The notes under the pieces were generated by a model. That model saw nothing but the letters and a program-made list of their open reading frames with translations. It did not search any database and was not told the DNA's origin. A stretch of DNA of 64,000 nucleotides. It comes from Geopsychrobacteraceae bacterium (GTDB lineage: Bacteria > Desulfobacterota > Desulfuromonadia > Desulfuromonadales > Geopsychrobacteraceae). Of this stretch, positions 10,539 through 20,520 are shown one piece after another. Each line of letters begins with the position of its first letter. Within the stretch, counting starts at the first letter, position 1. Position numbers and translations under genes: made by a program. The stretch covers positions 47,860-111,859 of the forward strand of contig CAXXGL010000013.1 of the NCBI GenBank assembly GCA_963676555.2, read 5' to 3'.

Positions 10539-12368
10539 CTAGTGAATAACGTCCGGCTGATTGGCATGATTCAATTGCTTGCGGAATAGCGCATTTTCCA
10601 TGGCAATCCCGGCCTGGCCGACAAAAAATTCCATAAAATCAAGCGATACCTGTTTGGCGCTGTTGCGACCGAAATCCGCATAAGTCAGAGTGATGATACG
10701 GTCATTGCTTTTCAGCGGCAGCAGCAGAAAAGTGGCGTCCTGCGGCGGCCCTATTTCCGGATACAGCAGATCGGCTAAAGAACTGTCGTCGGGTTGCCCC
10801 AGAAATGCTTTTCCCGATTGAATGACTTCTTTGAATTTGGAGTCACGGCGAATGGGGATCCTGAATTTCAGCGCTGCGGAGGGTCCGGCGTTTTTTTCGT
10901 CGCTGATGCCGATGCTCCGTTCGGCGATCAGTTCGGCTCTGTCCACGATCAGGGTCAGGCTGCGCTCAAAGGTTTCGCCGACGAATTGCAGCACCAGTTG
11001 CGAAATGTCCGGAGCTTTGCGCAACAGGCGCAAACCGGAAAGGCTGTTGCGCAGTTTGGCGAACTGATGGCGGCGTTCTTCGTTGAAGCAACTGCGGATA
11101 TAAGCTTGGAACGTATTGAGAAAATTGACCATGTCATCCGCGAATGTTGTCGCCCGTTCGGCAAAATAGGGCAGGGGGAACACCGCCCGGGCCCCGTCAT
11201 TCAGTGACTGCAATGAAAAAGTGAAATCCAGCGGCGAAGCAAGTTGCAGGATCGACATTTGCGGGTATTGAGCCATTTTCAAAGAACGAATTTCGAAAAT
11301 GGCATCTTTGCTGAAATCGTCAATATCCACCGTCGGCGGTCCGAAGACCAGGATCGGCTCAAGGTATTTATACAGCGCCCTATCGATCAGATTGTCCAGT
11401 TCATTGCGATTGGCGGTCACGAAAACCAGGATCCCTTCCTTTTTACACACTGTCATGATGGCATGCTGTAAAAATTGATCGCAGGTATAGACGATTACCG
11501 CCTGGGATTTGCTGGTGGCTGTCTGCATGCCGTCTTCGCCGAGGAAAGGCGTGGAAATATTGGCCAGGTAGCTGACCAGGATCTCCCTGTCGTCCGTGGG
11601 CAATTCGGACAGCGTGCCGGCGATCACCTGACGGTGAATTTCAGCCGGGTCAAAAGCCTCAAGCCCTTTGAATACATGCGGTTTTTTACGTTTGACCTTG
11701 TCCAGATCCGCGAGCCCGAGAATGTCTTCGGAAACGATGATCTCCGTTTTCTCCCCGCTTCCCTCCATGCGTTCATCGGCCGGCTCCGGTTGCCGTTCGA
11801 GCTGCTCCAGAGGCGGCTCTTCAAGCGGGTCTTCAGCGATTTCAATTTCCCCGGCATGCACTTTTTCGTCGAAAATGCGCAAGGCATCCATCAACACCAT
11901 TTGCGTGTCGAGACTGACGGTCTGTAACTGCTTGGGCAGATAGCGGTAATCGTCCGCGACATTGATTTCGTCGACATCAAGCGTAAAGATTCCCCGCGTC
12001 CAACTGATCATTTCAACAACCGTCATTTCGATCAACGTTTCGAGGGCTTTGAATGCCGCATCTTTGGACAGGCCGCAATGCTCGAGCAGGGTGGCGATCA
12101 GCGGTTTGCGGTCTGCTCCCGACAGCTTCTGAAGCGCCAGCGCCTTGTCCAGTTCGGCCGGGGTGATGATACGGCTTTCAAGCAGAATTTTACCGATTTT
12201 CAGACGCTCGCTCGAATGAGTCGCGCTGACGATATAACCGTTATTAAAGACCAGTTGCCCTTCGCCTTTACGACTGTAAACATTCAGCGTTCCGGATTTG
12301 CGCGTTGAATGTATCAGCTGAATAACATCAACAATCGGAAGGTGTTCGAGTTCGCCGGTTAAAGGCAT
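10539..12368 (-). CDS. DUF4388 (PATAN-like) N-terminal domain protein with C-terminal GAF-like domain
   Basis: 609 aa. The N-terminus (G.L...PI.DVIQLI..TRKSGTL) matches the DUF4388 pattern. The C-terminus (..GQAGIAMENA.LF) looks GAF-like. Sits immediately upstream of pilT on the same strand. Confidence 0.6.
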   Translation of the reverse strand: MPLTGELEHLPIVDVIQLIHSTRKSGTLNVYSRKGEGQLVFNNGYIVSATHSSERLKIGKILLESRIITPAELDKALALQKLSGADRKPLIATLLEHCGLSKDAAFKALETLIEMTVVEMISWTRGIFTLDVDEINVADDYRYLPKQLQTVSLDTQMVLMDALRIFDEKVHAGEIEIAEDPLEEPPLEQLERQPEPADERMEGSGEKTEIIVSEDILGLADLDKVKRKKPHVFKGLEAFDPAEIHRQVIAGTLSELPTDDREILVSYLANISTPFLGEDGMQTATSKSQAVIVYTCDQFLQHAIMTVCKKEGILVFVTANRNELDNLIDRALYKYLEPILVFGPPTVDIDDFSKDAIFEIRSLKMAQYPQMSILQLASPLDFTFSLQSLNDGARAVFPLPYFAERATTFADDMVNFLNTFQAYIRSCFNEERRHQFAKLRNSLSGLRLLRKAPDISQLVLQFVGETFERSLTLIVDRAELIAERSIGISDEKNAGPSAALKFRIPIRRDSKFKEVIQSGKAFLGQPDDSSLADLLYPEIGPPQDATFLLLPLKSNDRIITLTYADFGRNSAKQVSLDFMEFFVGQAGIAMENALFRKQLNHANQPDVIH

Positions 12369-12603
12369 TGATTTCAGGTCCTTTCAACTGATCAAACGGT
12401 AGAATTTGAAGCTATATACCGGGTCGGGCAGTTATGTGAGTAAAAACTAATATCCATTAAACTCAAAATTGATATCAGTTTCAAGTGAATTTAACATTTT
12501 TTTATAAAAATCTTGTTAATTAGATATAATTATACAGGTGTTATACCACGGAGGAAATAATCGATAACGATTCGTTTGGGAAAAGCAGGCCGGTGGAATT
12601 TTT

Positions 12604-12876
12604 TTGACAAGCTTTCTTTTCGGTATACAATGGCGCATCAGGCCTGTGATGATGTTTATAAAATCTGTAACCGGGAGTCGGATTGTCATGATGATTAAAG
12701 TGAATTCCAGAGAGTCGATTGAAATTGTTGAAAATGTCTTCGTCAATCGGATTAATGAAGAGGGCGGCAAGTATCTCAGCTGGGATGAATTGAGCGAAGC
12801 CCAGCAGCAGTGTTATACTCGGATGTGTGAAGAGATCAAGGCCGTTTATGCAAAATATAAGGATTGCGCGCACTGA
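12604..12876 (+). CDS. hypothetical small protein (probable start ATG 12688, 62 aa)
   Basis: ORF in an AT-rich intergenic islet. GGGAG lies 10 nt upstream of ATG 12688. No recognisable family. Confidence 0.35.
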   Translation: MTSFLFGIQWRIRPVMMFIKSVTGSRIVMMIKVNSRESIEIVENVFVNRINEEGGKYLSWDELSEAQQQCYTRMCEEIKAVYAKYKDCAH

Positions 12877-12894
12877 TAAAACTGCCGGGATATC

Positions 12895-13113
12895 GTGATT
12901 GCCTGTGGGAATGGAGTTAAGATGCTGAAAATAGAAACAGATACAGCTATGGTTGAAATAGCGCCGGGGTCGCACTTTTTTTTGAGCAGAGGCGATGGCG
13001 ATGATGACCGCATCCGTATTGCCTGGGAAGACCTGGATGCGACGGCCGTAGCGAACCTGAACCAGTTTGTCGCCATGATCGAAGGCTCACTGGCGGGCAT
13101 GTCGCAAAAATAA
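12895..13113 (+). CDS. hypothetical small acidic protein (probable start ATG 12922, 63 aa)
   Basis: ORF with GGAG upstream of ATG 12922. No recognisable family. Confidence 0.35.
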   Translation: MIACGNGVKMLKIETDTAMVEIAPGSHFFLSRGDGDDDRIRIAWEDLDATAVANLNQFVAMIEGSLAGMSQK

Positions 13114-13362
13114 GCCGCTGTTCGCTTTTTTCGGACCCACCCCAAAAAAGACCTGATTCGAGAGAGAGTTGGGTCTTTTTTTGTCTCTGCCGTTCACTCC
13201 GGCGCAAACCGAAGCCGCCGATCGACGTTAAAAAAGGGCAAAAAGAATGCTTTCCCGATATTAATATCGAGCCAATTTGTCATATTATAGCGTCATGCGT
13301 ATTTCCGACGAAGGCGACGGAAGTTCCCCGGGCACCTCAACAGAGAACATGGATCACGGCGA

Positions 13363-14577
13363 ATGGCCAATACTGCTACTAAAAAATCGACTGTATTTGT
13401 CCTGTTTGTTTTCGTCTGCCTGCTGGCGGGCGGAGTTTTCATGCTGCTGCGGCCGGCGCCGTCGACGGACCATCGCGGGACAGCGCAAGAACGCGGGAAA
13501 CAGGCGGTCCCCGTTGAAGTCATGCCGATCGAACAAGGCACGATCACGTTGAAACGAATCTTCAGCGGCGCACTCGAAGCCGGAGCCGAGTTCGTTGTCG
13601 CCCCCAAAGTTGCAGGCCGGGTAGAGCGCCTGAGCGTCGACATCTCGGACCGGGTAGAGCGCAATCAGGTCGTCGCTCAGCTCGACAACGCCGAATATGT
13701 CCAGGAGCTGGCCCAGGCGCGGGCAAATCTCGCCGTGGCGCGGGCAAACCTGATCGAAGCGCGCAACGCGCTGGGCATCGCGACGCGGGAGCTTGAACGC
13801 TTCAGGACCCTGCAACAGCGCGGGGTTGCTTCGGAGTCGCAATTCGATACCGTCAAGGCGGAACAACTGGCCAAAGAAGCCGAACTTGAAGTTGCCCGGG
13901 CTGAGGTACTCAGAGCCGAGGCGGCGGTCGAAACGGCACGAATCAGGCTCGGTTATACCGAAATTACCGCCGGCTGGTCCGGCGGGGAGGAGCGCCGCGT
14001 GGTATCTGAACGCTATGTCGATGAAGGGGAAACGGTGAGCGCCAACACCGCTTTGTTGCGGATTGTCGAACTCGATCCGATCACCGGTGTGGTTTTTGTC
14101 GCCGAACGCGACTATGCCCGTCTCAAACCAGGTCAGCAAATCGCCCTGGTCACGGATGCTTTTCCGGGAGAACAATTCAACGGCCGGATCGAGAGGATAG
14201 CGCCGGTCTTTAAACAGGCGACCAGGCAGGCCCGGGTTGAATTGAAGATTGACAATCCCGGCGAAAGGTTGAAACCGGGCATGTTCATCAGAGCCACCGT
14301 CGTGCTGGAACGCCGTGATCGGAGCGTTATCATTCCGGAGCAGGCACTGGTGAAGCGCAGTGATCGAACCGGTATTTTCGTCGTTTCCGAAGATGGCCGA
14401 TCAGTGCGCTGGCAGGAAGTCGAGGTCGGCATTCAGGACGGTGAACGGGTGCAAATCAACAATCTCAGGCTGACCGGGCGGGTGGTCACGCTGGGGCAGC
14501 AGTTGCTGGAAGACGGTTCCGCGATTTTCATCCCCGGAACTGCTGATCCGGCCCGCGCCGAGGGGGCCGCACTTTAA
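13363..14577 (+). CDS. RND efflux periplasmic adaptor (membrane fusion protein, HlyD family)
   Basis: 404 aa with an N-terminal TM anchor, coiled-coil hairpin and beta-barrel motifs. Its stop overlaps the start of the RND pump gene. Confidence 0.9.
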   Translation: MANTATKKSTVFVLFVFVCLLAGGVFMLLRPAPSTDHRGTAQERGKQAVPVEVMPIEQGTITLKRIFSGALEAGAEFVVAPKVAGRVERLSVDISDRVERNQVVAQLDNAEYVQELAQARANLAVARANLIEARNALGIATRELERFRTLQQRGVASESQFDTVKAEQLAKEAELEVARAEVLRAEAAVETARIRLGYTEITAGWSGGEERRVVSERYVDEGETVSANTALLRIVELDPITGVVFVAERDYARLKPGQQIALVTDAFPGEQFNGRIERIAPVFKQATRQARVELKIDNPGERLKPGMFIRATVVLERRDRSVIIPEQALVKRSDRTGIFVVSEDGRSVRWQEVEVGIQDGERVQINNLRLTGRVVTLGQQLLEDGSAIFIPGTADPARAEGAAL

Positions 14578-17500
14578 TGAACCTGCCCAAGTTCAGTGTT
14601 GATCGGCCGGTTTTCACCACCATGCTGACCCTGATCGTGGTGCTGCTCGGCATCTTTTCCCTGTCCCGGCTGAAAACCGATCTGCTGCCCGATATCGAAC
14701 TGCCGACCCTCACGATCCGCACTGAATACGAAGGCGCCAGCCCCGAAGTCATGGAGCGGCTGGTCACCCAGACTCTCGAAGAGATTGTCGCCACGGTGCC
14801 GGGCGTTGAGGATATGACATCGCAATCGTCTGAAGGCAACAGCACGGTACGCGTCACTTTTTCATGGGGCAACAACCTCGATGTCGTGGCTCAGGACGTC
14901 AGATCGATCCTGGAAAATGAAATCAACGAACTGCCGGACGATGTCATGCGGCCGCGGATCAGGAAATTTGATGTGGCCAGCTTCCCGGTCGTGATTCTGG
15001 GGATTGCCAGTACTCTTGATCCGGTGGAACTGACGGAACTGGTGGACAAGCAGGTGCGTTACCGTTTCGGCCGCCTGCCCGGGGTTGCCCAGGTTGACCT
15101 GTGGGGTGAATACAGCCGTGAAATCCGCGTTGAACTGAACCCGGATCGCGTCAAGGCACTGGGTCTGCCGCTCAATCAGGTGCTTGCGGCCATCCGCAAC
15201 GCCAACCTCGATCTGCCGACCGGCAAGATAGAGCAGGGACGTTACGAAGTCACTCTTCGCGCTCCGGCCGAATTCAGCAGCCTTGATCAGATTCGCAATA
15301 CCGTCATTTACCAACGCGAAGGCGCCGCCGTAACCCTCGGACAGGTTGCCCGGGTGCGCGACACCTACGAGAAAAAACAACGTATTGTCCGGGTTAACGG
15401 CGATCGCGGCCTGCGCGTGGCGATCCGCAAGCAGTCCGATGCCAATACCGTCGAGGTGGCTCAGGCGATTATCGGCGAGATCGACAAAATCAACCGCAGC
15501 CTGCCGCAGATCAGCATCATCCCGGTGATCAACCAGGGTAACTTCATTGAACGTTCGATCGCCAATGTGGCCCGCTCGGTCCTGTACGGCGGCGGGCTGT
15601 CGATTCTGGTTCTGCTTTTTTTCCTGCGTAATGTCCGCTCCACCTTTGTCATTTCTCTGGCGATACCGATTTCGGTGATCGCCACTTTCGCCATGATTTA
15701 CTTTGCCGGTTTCACTTTAAACCTGATGACTCTCGGCGGCCTGGCTCTCGGGGTGGGGATGATGGTCGACAGTTCCGTCGTCGTGCTGGAAAATATTTTC
15801 CGGCGGCGCATGGAGAATCACGAACCGGCGGTCACCGCCGCGGTTGCGGGGGCGGGCGAAGTCGGTCCGGCGATCGTCGCCAGCACCATCACCACCCTGG
15901 TCATTTTTCTGCCCCTGATTTTCGTGCGCGGGGTTGCCGGTCAACTGTTCAAGGAACTGGCTTTCGTGATCATTTTTTCGCTTGTCTGCTCGCTGCTGGT
16001 TTCGCTCAGCCTCCTGCCGATGCTTTCCTCGCGTCTGCTTAAAACCCCCGAACAGCTGCAGCACCGGCGTTTCCCCTGGATGGAACAGCTGATCAACCGT
16101 TCCGAAGCCATGTTCAGAGGGCTCGATCATCGTTATCGCCGGCTGCTCGCCCGGATTCTGCGGCATCGCCGGCTGACGGTCCTGGTTGCTTTCTGCCTGT
16201 TCGGTTCGAGCCTGCTGCTGGCGCCCCTGATCGGTTCCGAATACCTGCCGCCCAGTGACGAAGGGGAAGTGCGGGTCACCGGCGAGATGGAAATCGGCAC
16301 GCGTCTCGACCTGCTCGACCAGCAGGCCCGCAAACTCGAGGAAATCGTTTACCCGGCCGTTCCGGAGACGGTGTCATCGGTGATCAATGTCGGCTCTTCG
16401 GGCTGGCGGCCCGGGGATGCGGCTAAAACGGAAATCCGCCTGGCGTTGCAACCGGCGGCGCAGCGCGAACGCTCCAATGTCGAAATCGCTGCCGATCTGC
16501 GGCGGCTTTTAAACGGGCGGATTCCCGGCATGATTGTGCGGACCCGTGCTCCCCAGGGGCAGTTTCTGCTCGGGCGGCTCCTGGGCGGGGACGAGGGACT
16601 GACCGTTGAGATTCGCGGTTTCGACCTGCAGACCCTGGATCTTCTGGCCGTACGTGCGGCACGCAACTTGGAAGGAATTCCCGGCATTACCGATTTTGAA
16701 ATTTCGCAAAAGGCCGGAATTCCGCAACAGGAGATCAGCATCGACCGCGACAAAGTGGCCGACCTGGGCCTGAGCGTTCGCGACGTGACCGAAGCCCTGG
16801 AAACCGCCGTCGCCGGCTCCAAAGCCGGGGAATACCGCCGGGAGGGGAATTCTTATCGCATTTTCGTACAACTGCTGGATGTTGAAAAACGCTCGTTGGA
16901 CGAGATCCTGGACCTGACTCTGGCAACCGCCGCCGGCGAACAGGTGGCTTTACGTAACCTGGTGACCACCGCGGCCGGGCGCGGGCCGATCCAGATCGAT
17001 CGTAAAGATCAGCAACGGCTGGTCAGCATCCAGGCCAATGTCGCCGGGCGGGACATGGGCTCCGTCGCGGCCGATGTGCAGGCGCTGCTCGATCAGATTC
17101 CGCGCCCGGTGGGTTACGAACTTGCCGTGGGCGGCAATTTCACCGAACAGCAGAAGGCCTTCCGCGAACTGGGTGCGTCACTCATTCTGGCCCTGCTGCT
17201 GGTCTATATGGTGCTTGCCTGTCAGTACGAGTCGCTGCGCGATCCGATTGTCGTCATGGCGTCGGTTCCGGTCGCCGCAGTCGGCGTTCTGGTCGTGCTT
17301 TTCCTGACCGGAACCACGTTCAATCTGCAATCCTTTATCGGTTGCATCATGTTGTGCGGGATCGTGGTCAACGGCGCTATTCTGCTGGTCGATCAGGCGG
17401 GCAAACTGATTGCCGAAGGGCTGTCGGTGCAAGACGCCGTGATTGAAGCGGGACGGCGGCGCCTGCGGCCGATTCTGATGACCTCGTTGACGACCATGTT

Positions 17501-17666
17501 GGCCCTGTTGCCGCTGGCCATCGGCATCGGAGAAGGGGCCGATGCCCAGGCACCGCTGGCGCGTGCCGTCATCGGCGGACTGGCGGGATCGACGTTGATC
17601 ACCCTGGTTCTGATCCCGGCCGTTTATTCGCTTTTCCATCCGGAACGGCGCAGGGAGGATGCATAA
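14577..17666 (+). CDS. RND efflux permease (AcrB/CzcA family)
   Basis: 1029 aa. N-terminus [17 protein letters not shown], 12-TM architecture with two large periplasmic loops. Confidence 0.95.
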   Translation: MNLPKFSVDRPVFTTMLTLIVVLLGIFSLSRLKTDLLPDIELPTLTIRTEYEGASPEVMERLVTQTLEEIVATVPGVEDMTSQSSEGNSTVRVTFSWGNNLDVVAQDVRSILENEINELPDDVMRPRIRKFDVASFPVVILGIASTLDPVELTELVDKQVRYRFGRLPGVAQVDLWGEYSREIRVELNPDRVKALGLPLNQVLAAIRNANLDLPTGKIEQGRYEVTLRAPAEFSSLDQIRNTVIYQREGAAVTLGQVARVRDTYEKKQRIVRVNGDRGLRVAIRKQSDANTVEVAQAIIGEIDKINRSLPQISIIPVINQGNFIERSIANVARSVLYGGGLSILVLLFFLRNVRSTFVISLAIPISVIATFAMIYFAGFTLNLMTLGGLALGVGMMVDSSVVVLENIFRRRMENHEPAVTAAVAGAGEVGPAIVASTITTLVIFLPLIFVRGVAGQLFKELAFVIIFSLVCSLLVSLSLLPMLSSRLLKTPEQLQHRRFPWMEQLINRSEAMFRGLDHRYRRLLARILRHRRLTVLVAFCLFGSSLLLAPLIGSEYLPPSDEGEVRVTGEMEIGTRLDLLDQQARKLEEIVYPAVPETVSSVINVGSSGWRPGDAAKTEIRLALQPAAQRERSNVEIAADLRRLLNGRIPGMIVRTRAPQGQFLLGRLLGGDEGLTVEIRGFDLQTLDLLAVRAARNLEGIPGITDFEISQKAGIPQQEISIDRDKVADLGLSVRDVTEALETAVAGSKAGEYRREGNSYRIFVQLLDVEKRSLDEILDLTLATAAGEQVALRNLVTTAAGRGPIQIDRKDQQRLVSIQANVAGRDMGSVAADVQALLDQIPRPVGYELAVGGNFTEQQKAFRELGASLILALLLVYMVLACQYESLRDPIVVMASVPVAAVGVLVVLFLTGTTFNLQSFIGCIMLCGIVVNGAILLVDQAGKLIAEGLSVQDAVIEAGRRRLRPILMTSLTTMLALLPLAIGIGEGADAQAPLARAVIGGLAGSTLITLVLIPAVYSLFHPERRREDA

Positions 17667-17671
17667 ATCAG

Positions 17672-19270
17672 ATGCGCGGGTTTTTTTCTGCCGGAATGGG
17701 CTTAGCCGTTTTTCTCCTGTGGACCTGTCTGTTCTCCGCCTGCGTGCCTTTGACCCGCCAGCGGGAACCGGCGGAGTTGACGATCGACAACCGCGGAGCA
17801 GTGCCGCTTACCCCGATTCGTTTTACCCTGGATTCCACGGTAATCGATCCGGGTCCGGCCGCGGTGGAAATCCCCGGCGAACTGTCGGTGGAGCAGGCGG
17901 TATTGCTGACTTTGCGGAATAATCGTGACCTGCGTGTTCAGCAATTGACGCCGGTCGTGACCGGAACCTTCGAACAGATCGAAAAAGGCGTCTTCGCCCC
18001 GGAGCTGGTTGCGGAGATCGGCTACAATAAAGAGAAAACCAGCGAGACCTCCCGCTCCAGCGGCACGCGATTCAATGTCGAAGCCACCGAAACCGTTGAA
18101 ACGGTCGGCGTCAATCAATATCTGCCGACCGGTACCTCGCTTGAGATCGCGCTCGAACACAGCCGCAACACTTCGAACCGGACCCCGGAGCAGGAGGAAA
18201 CCCTTTTGGGGCTGAGTTTGACCCAGGCGCTGCTGCGCGATTTCGGCCCCGCCGTCAACCTGGCCGGAGTCCGTCAGGCCGAACTCGACACTCTGGCCAG
18301 TATCGATGAATTACGCGGTTATACGGAAACTCTGGTTGCGACAACGGAAAAGGCCTACTGGCATTATGTCCTGGCCAAAGAAGAAATCGCTATTTTCGCG
18401 TCATCTCTGGACGTTGCCCAACAGCAGCTGGAAGATATCGAATTGCGCATCGAAGTCGGAATCCTGCCGGATATCGAAGCGGCAGCGGCGCGTACCGAAA
18501 AAGCGTTACGGGTACAGGCATTGATCGATGCCCGCAGTCAGCTCGAGGAGCGCCGTCTGCAGTTGCTCAGGCTGATCGGTCCGGACGACGGCAATCTGTT
18601 CGACAAAGAAATCGAATTGATCAGCGAACTTCGCCTGCGGGCGAAACCTGTCGCTGATCTGCATGAACGGATCCGGCTGGCGGAAAAATCACGCCCGGAT
18701 TTAAGCGAAGCCCGGCACCGACTGCGCCGCCGGAGCCTGGGAACCATGATCACCCGCAACGGCTTGCTGCCGCGCCTTGAGCTGTTCATCGCCCTCGATA
18801 AAACCGGCTTTGGCGCCCGTTTTTCAGATTCGGTCAGCCATCTGGATGACGACACCTACGATTTCAACGCCGGTCTTCGCCTGTCCCATTTTCTTGACAA
18901 CCGGGCGGCAAGGGCACGCAACCTGGCGGCGTTCGCCGGCCGCCAGCAGGCTTCTGAAGCGGTTGCCAATTTACGCCAACTGGTCGAACTCGACGTGCGT
19001 TTGGCGGTGAACGAAGTCGAACGTTCCCGGCAGCAGATAAGCGCCAGCCGGGAGACACGAATCGCTCAGGAGCAGACCCTGGCGGCGGAAAAGGAACGCT
19101 TCGACGTCGGCACCAGCACGGCGTTGGAAGTGGCGCAGGCGCAACGGGATCTGCTCAGCAGCCGGATCGCGGAAATCGAATCGATCGTCAACTACCGCAT
19201 GGCGTTGGTTGATCTCTACCTGGCCGAAGGGAGCCTGCTCGCACGACGCGGTATCGATGTGCTGCGCTGA
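17672..19270 (+). CDS. TolC-family outer membrane efflux protein
   Basis: 532 aa with a signal/lipobox-like N-terminus (LFSAC) and two OEP repeats. Third gene of the RND operon. Confidence 0.88.
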   Translation: MRGFFSAGMGLAVFLLWTCLFSACVPLTRQREPAELTIDNRGAVPLTPIRFTLDSTVIDPGPAAVEIPGELSVEQAVLLTLRNNRDLRVQQLTPVVTGTFEQIEKGVFAPELVAEIGYNKEKTSETSRSSGTRFNVEATETVETVGVNQYLPTGTSLEIALEHSRNTSNRTPEQEETLLGLSLTQALLRDFGPAVNLAGVRQAELDTLASIDELRGYTETLVATTEKAYWHYVLAKEEIAIFASSLDVAQQQLEDIELRIEVGILPDIEAAAARTEKALRVQALIDARSQLEERRLQLLRLIGPDDGNLFDKEIELISELRLRAKPVADLHERIRLAEKSRPDLSEARHRLRRRSLGTMITRNGLLPRLELFIALDKTGFGARFSDSVSHLDDDTYDFNAGLRLSHFLDNRAARARNLAAFAGRQQASEAVANLRQLVELDVRLAVNEVERSRQQISASRETRIAQEQTLAAEKERFDVGTSTALEVAQAQRDLLSSRIAEIESIVNYRMALVDLYLAEGSLLARRGIDVLR

Positions 19271-19377
19271 ATGCAAAGGATAAAGCTTATACCGTTGAGC
19301 GCGGTTTTATGGTACAAAGCTTCAACCTGTTATTGTGGATATGCTGAAAACTTTAGCTGGATAAAAGGAGACCGAGC

Positions 19378-19695
19378 ATGACATCCGGAGTTATAAACTA
19401 TGTTGAGCTTGTCAAAGGCATTTTGGAGCAGAGATTCGGCGAAAAGAACAAACTGTTCAATGATCCGATAACGACTTTGGAAATCTGCCTCTATATCATC
19501 AAAAGCGGAGTTGACGGGAACGATCGTCTTCATCCGGCCAGGGTGGAAGATCACAAGCTGGGCAAAGAACTTTTCCAGGCGCTTAATTTTTATATCAACA
19601 AGAGACATCAGGAAGCACGTAAAATCATCAACAAAATCATCGACCGGCCGCCGGAGATCAGCCTGGAGAAGCATCCCTCCAGTGAGGTCGGCTAA
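19378..19695 (+). CDS. hypothetical protein
   Basis: 105-aa ORF with a strong RBS (AAAGGAGA, 7 nt spacer). Preferred over the overlapping minus-strand ORF 19330-19674, which has no RBS and odd composition. Confidence 0.45.
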   Translation: MTSGVINYVELVKGILEQRFGEKNKLFNDPITTLEICLYIIKSGVDGNDRLHPARVEDHKLGKELFQALNFYINKRHQEARKIINKIIDRPPEISLEKHPSSEVG

Positions 19696-19822
19696 GCGCC
19701 TCTAACGCCGTCTGTCCCTTTTTGCAGTGCCGAACGCCCGTGAAATTTGCGGGTGCTTCGCTTTTGAGCGGGGTGCTGATCCAAGGTCAGGGGGCCGTTT
19801 CGAACCGCAGAGAAATCAGCAC

Positions 19823-19856
19823 AAAAAAACCGGTCACTTTCGTAACCGGTTTTTTT
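19823..19856. terminator. bidirectional rho-independent terminator
   Basis: AAAAAAACCGGT / ACCGGTTTTTTT arms around a 10-nt loop, with A and T tracts on both sides. Confidence 0.5.
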
Positions 19857-19925
19857 ATTTAATTTTGGAAATACCCCCCAATACCCCCAAAAAATGACGC
19901 TTGACCCTGACACCATTTTGGCACC

Positions 19926-19968
19926 ACAAAAAACAAAAGGGAAGTCAGATAACTATCTGATTTCCCTT
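19926..19968 (-). terminator. terminator downstream of tRNA-Leu
   Basis: 12-bp stem GGGAAGTCAGAT / ATCTGATTTCCC (one G-U pair) with a 4-nt loop. Followed on the minus strand by TTTTGTTTTTT. Confidence 0.55.
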
Positions 19969-19976
19969 ATATTTTT

Positions 19977-20067
<91 letters not shown>

Positions 20068-20105
20068 GGCTTGTATTTATACTGAATCGTTTCTCCGGCT
20101 GTCAA

Positions 20106-20405
20106 CTATTTTTCTGCCGGCTGTGCAGCCGGCTGTGTCGGCGCGGCAACGGTTCCGGGCATCACGGTTTTTGAACCCGGCGAACTGTAAAAATAGGCCA
20201 GGGAAAGGCTGGTCAACATGAAGATGACGGCTGCGCCGGCCGTTACTTTGCTCATGAAATTACCGCCGGTGGAACCGAACATGGCCTGACTGCCGCCGGC
20301 GCCGAATGATGCTCCGGCCTGTGCCCCTTTGCCCATCTGCAAAAGGACGATGACGATCAGGGCAATGGAGACGATTATATGTAATCCGATCAATACTGAG
20401 GTCAT
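20106..20405 (-). CDS. secG: preprotein translocase subunit SecG
   Basis: 99 aa, two TM segments, with the conserved LLQ.GKG.....FG motif. Followed by tRNA-Leu, as in many bacteria. Confidence 0.9.
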   Translation of the reverse strand: MTSVLIGLHIIVSIALIVIVLLQMGKGAQAGASFGAGGSQAMFGSTGGNFMSKVTAGAAVIFMLTSLSLAYFYSSPGSKTVMPGTVAAPTQPAAQPAEK

Positions 20406-20520
20406 GCGGAACTCTCCTTCAAGGGAATCTCTTTACAAGCGCTGAAAATTAACACAGTTCCCTTGATTTGCAAAGTGATTTCTGTGCCGAATCCGGGCCG
20501 GTGCTCCGTAACTGCTCAGG

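Noticed and set aside
19918-19935. TTGGCACC near tRNA-Leu as a sigma54 -24 element.
   Set aside because: No TTGC(A/T) -12 element occurs at the required 4-5 nt spacing (the downstream sequence is CACAAAAAAC), and no gene is positioned downstream.
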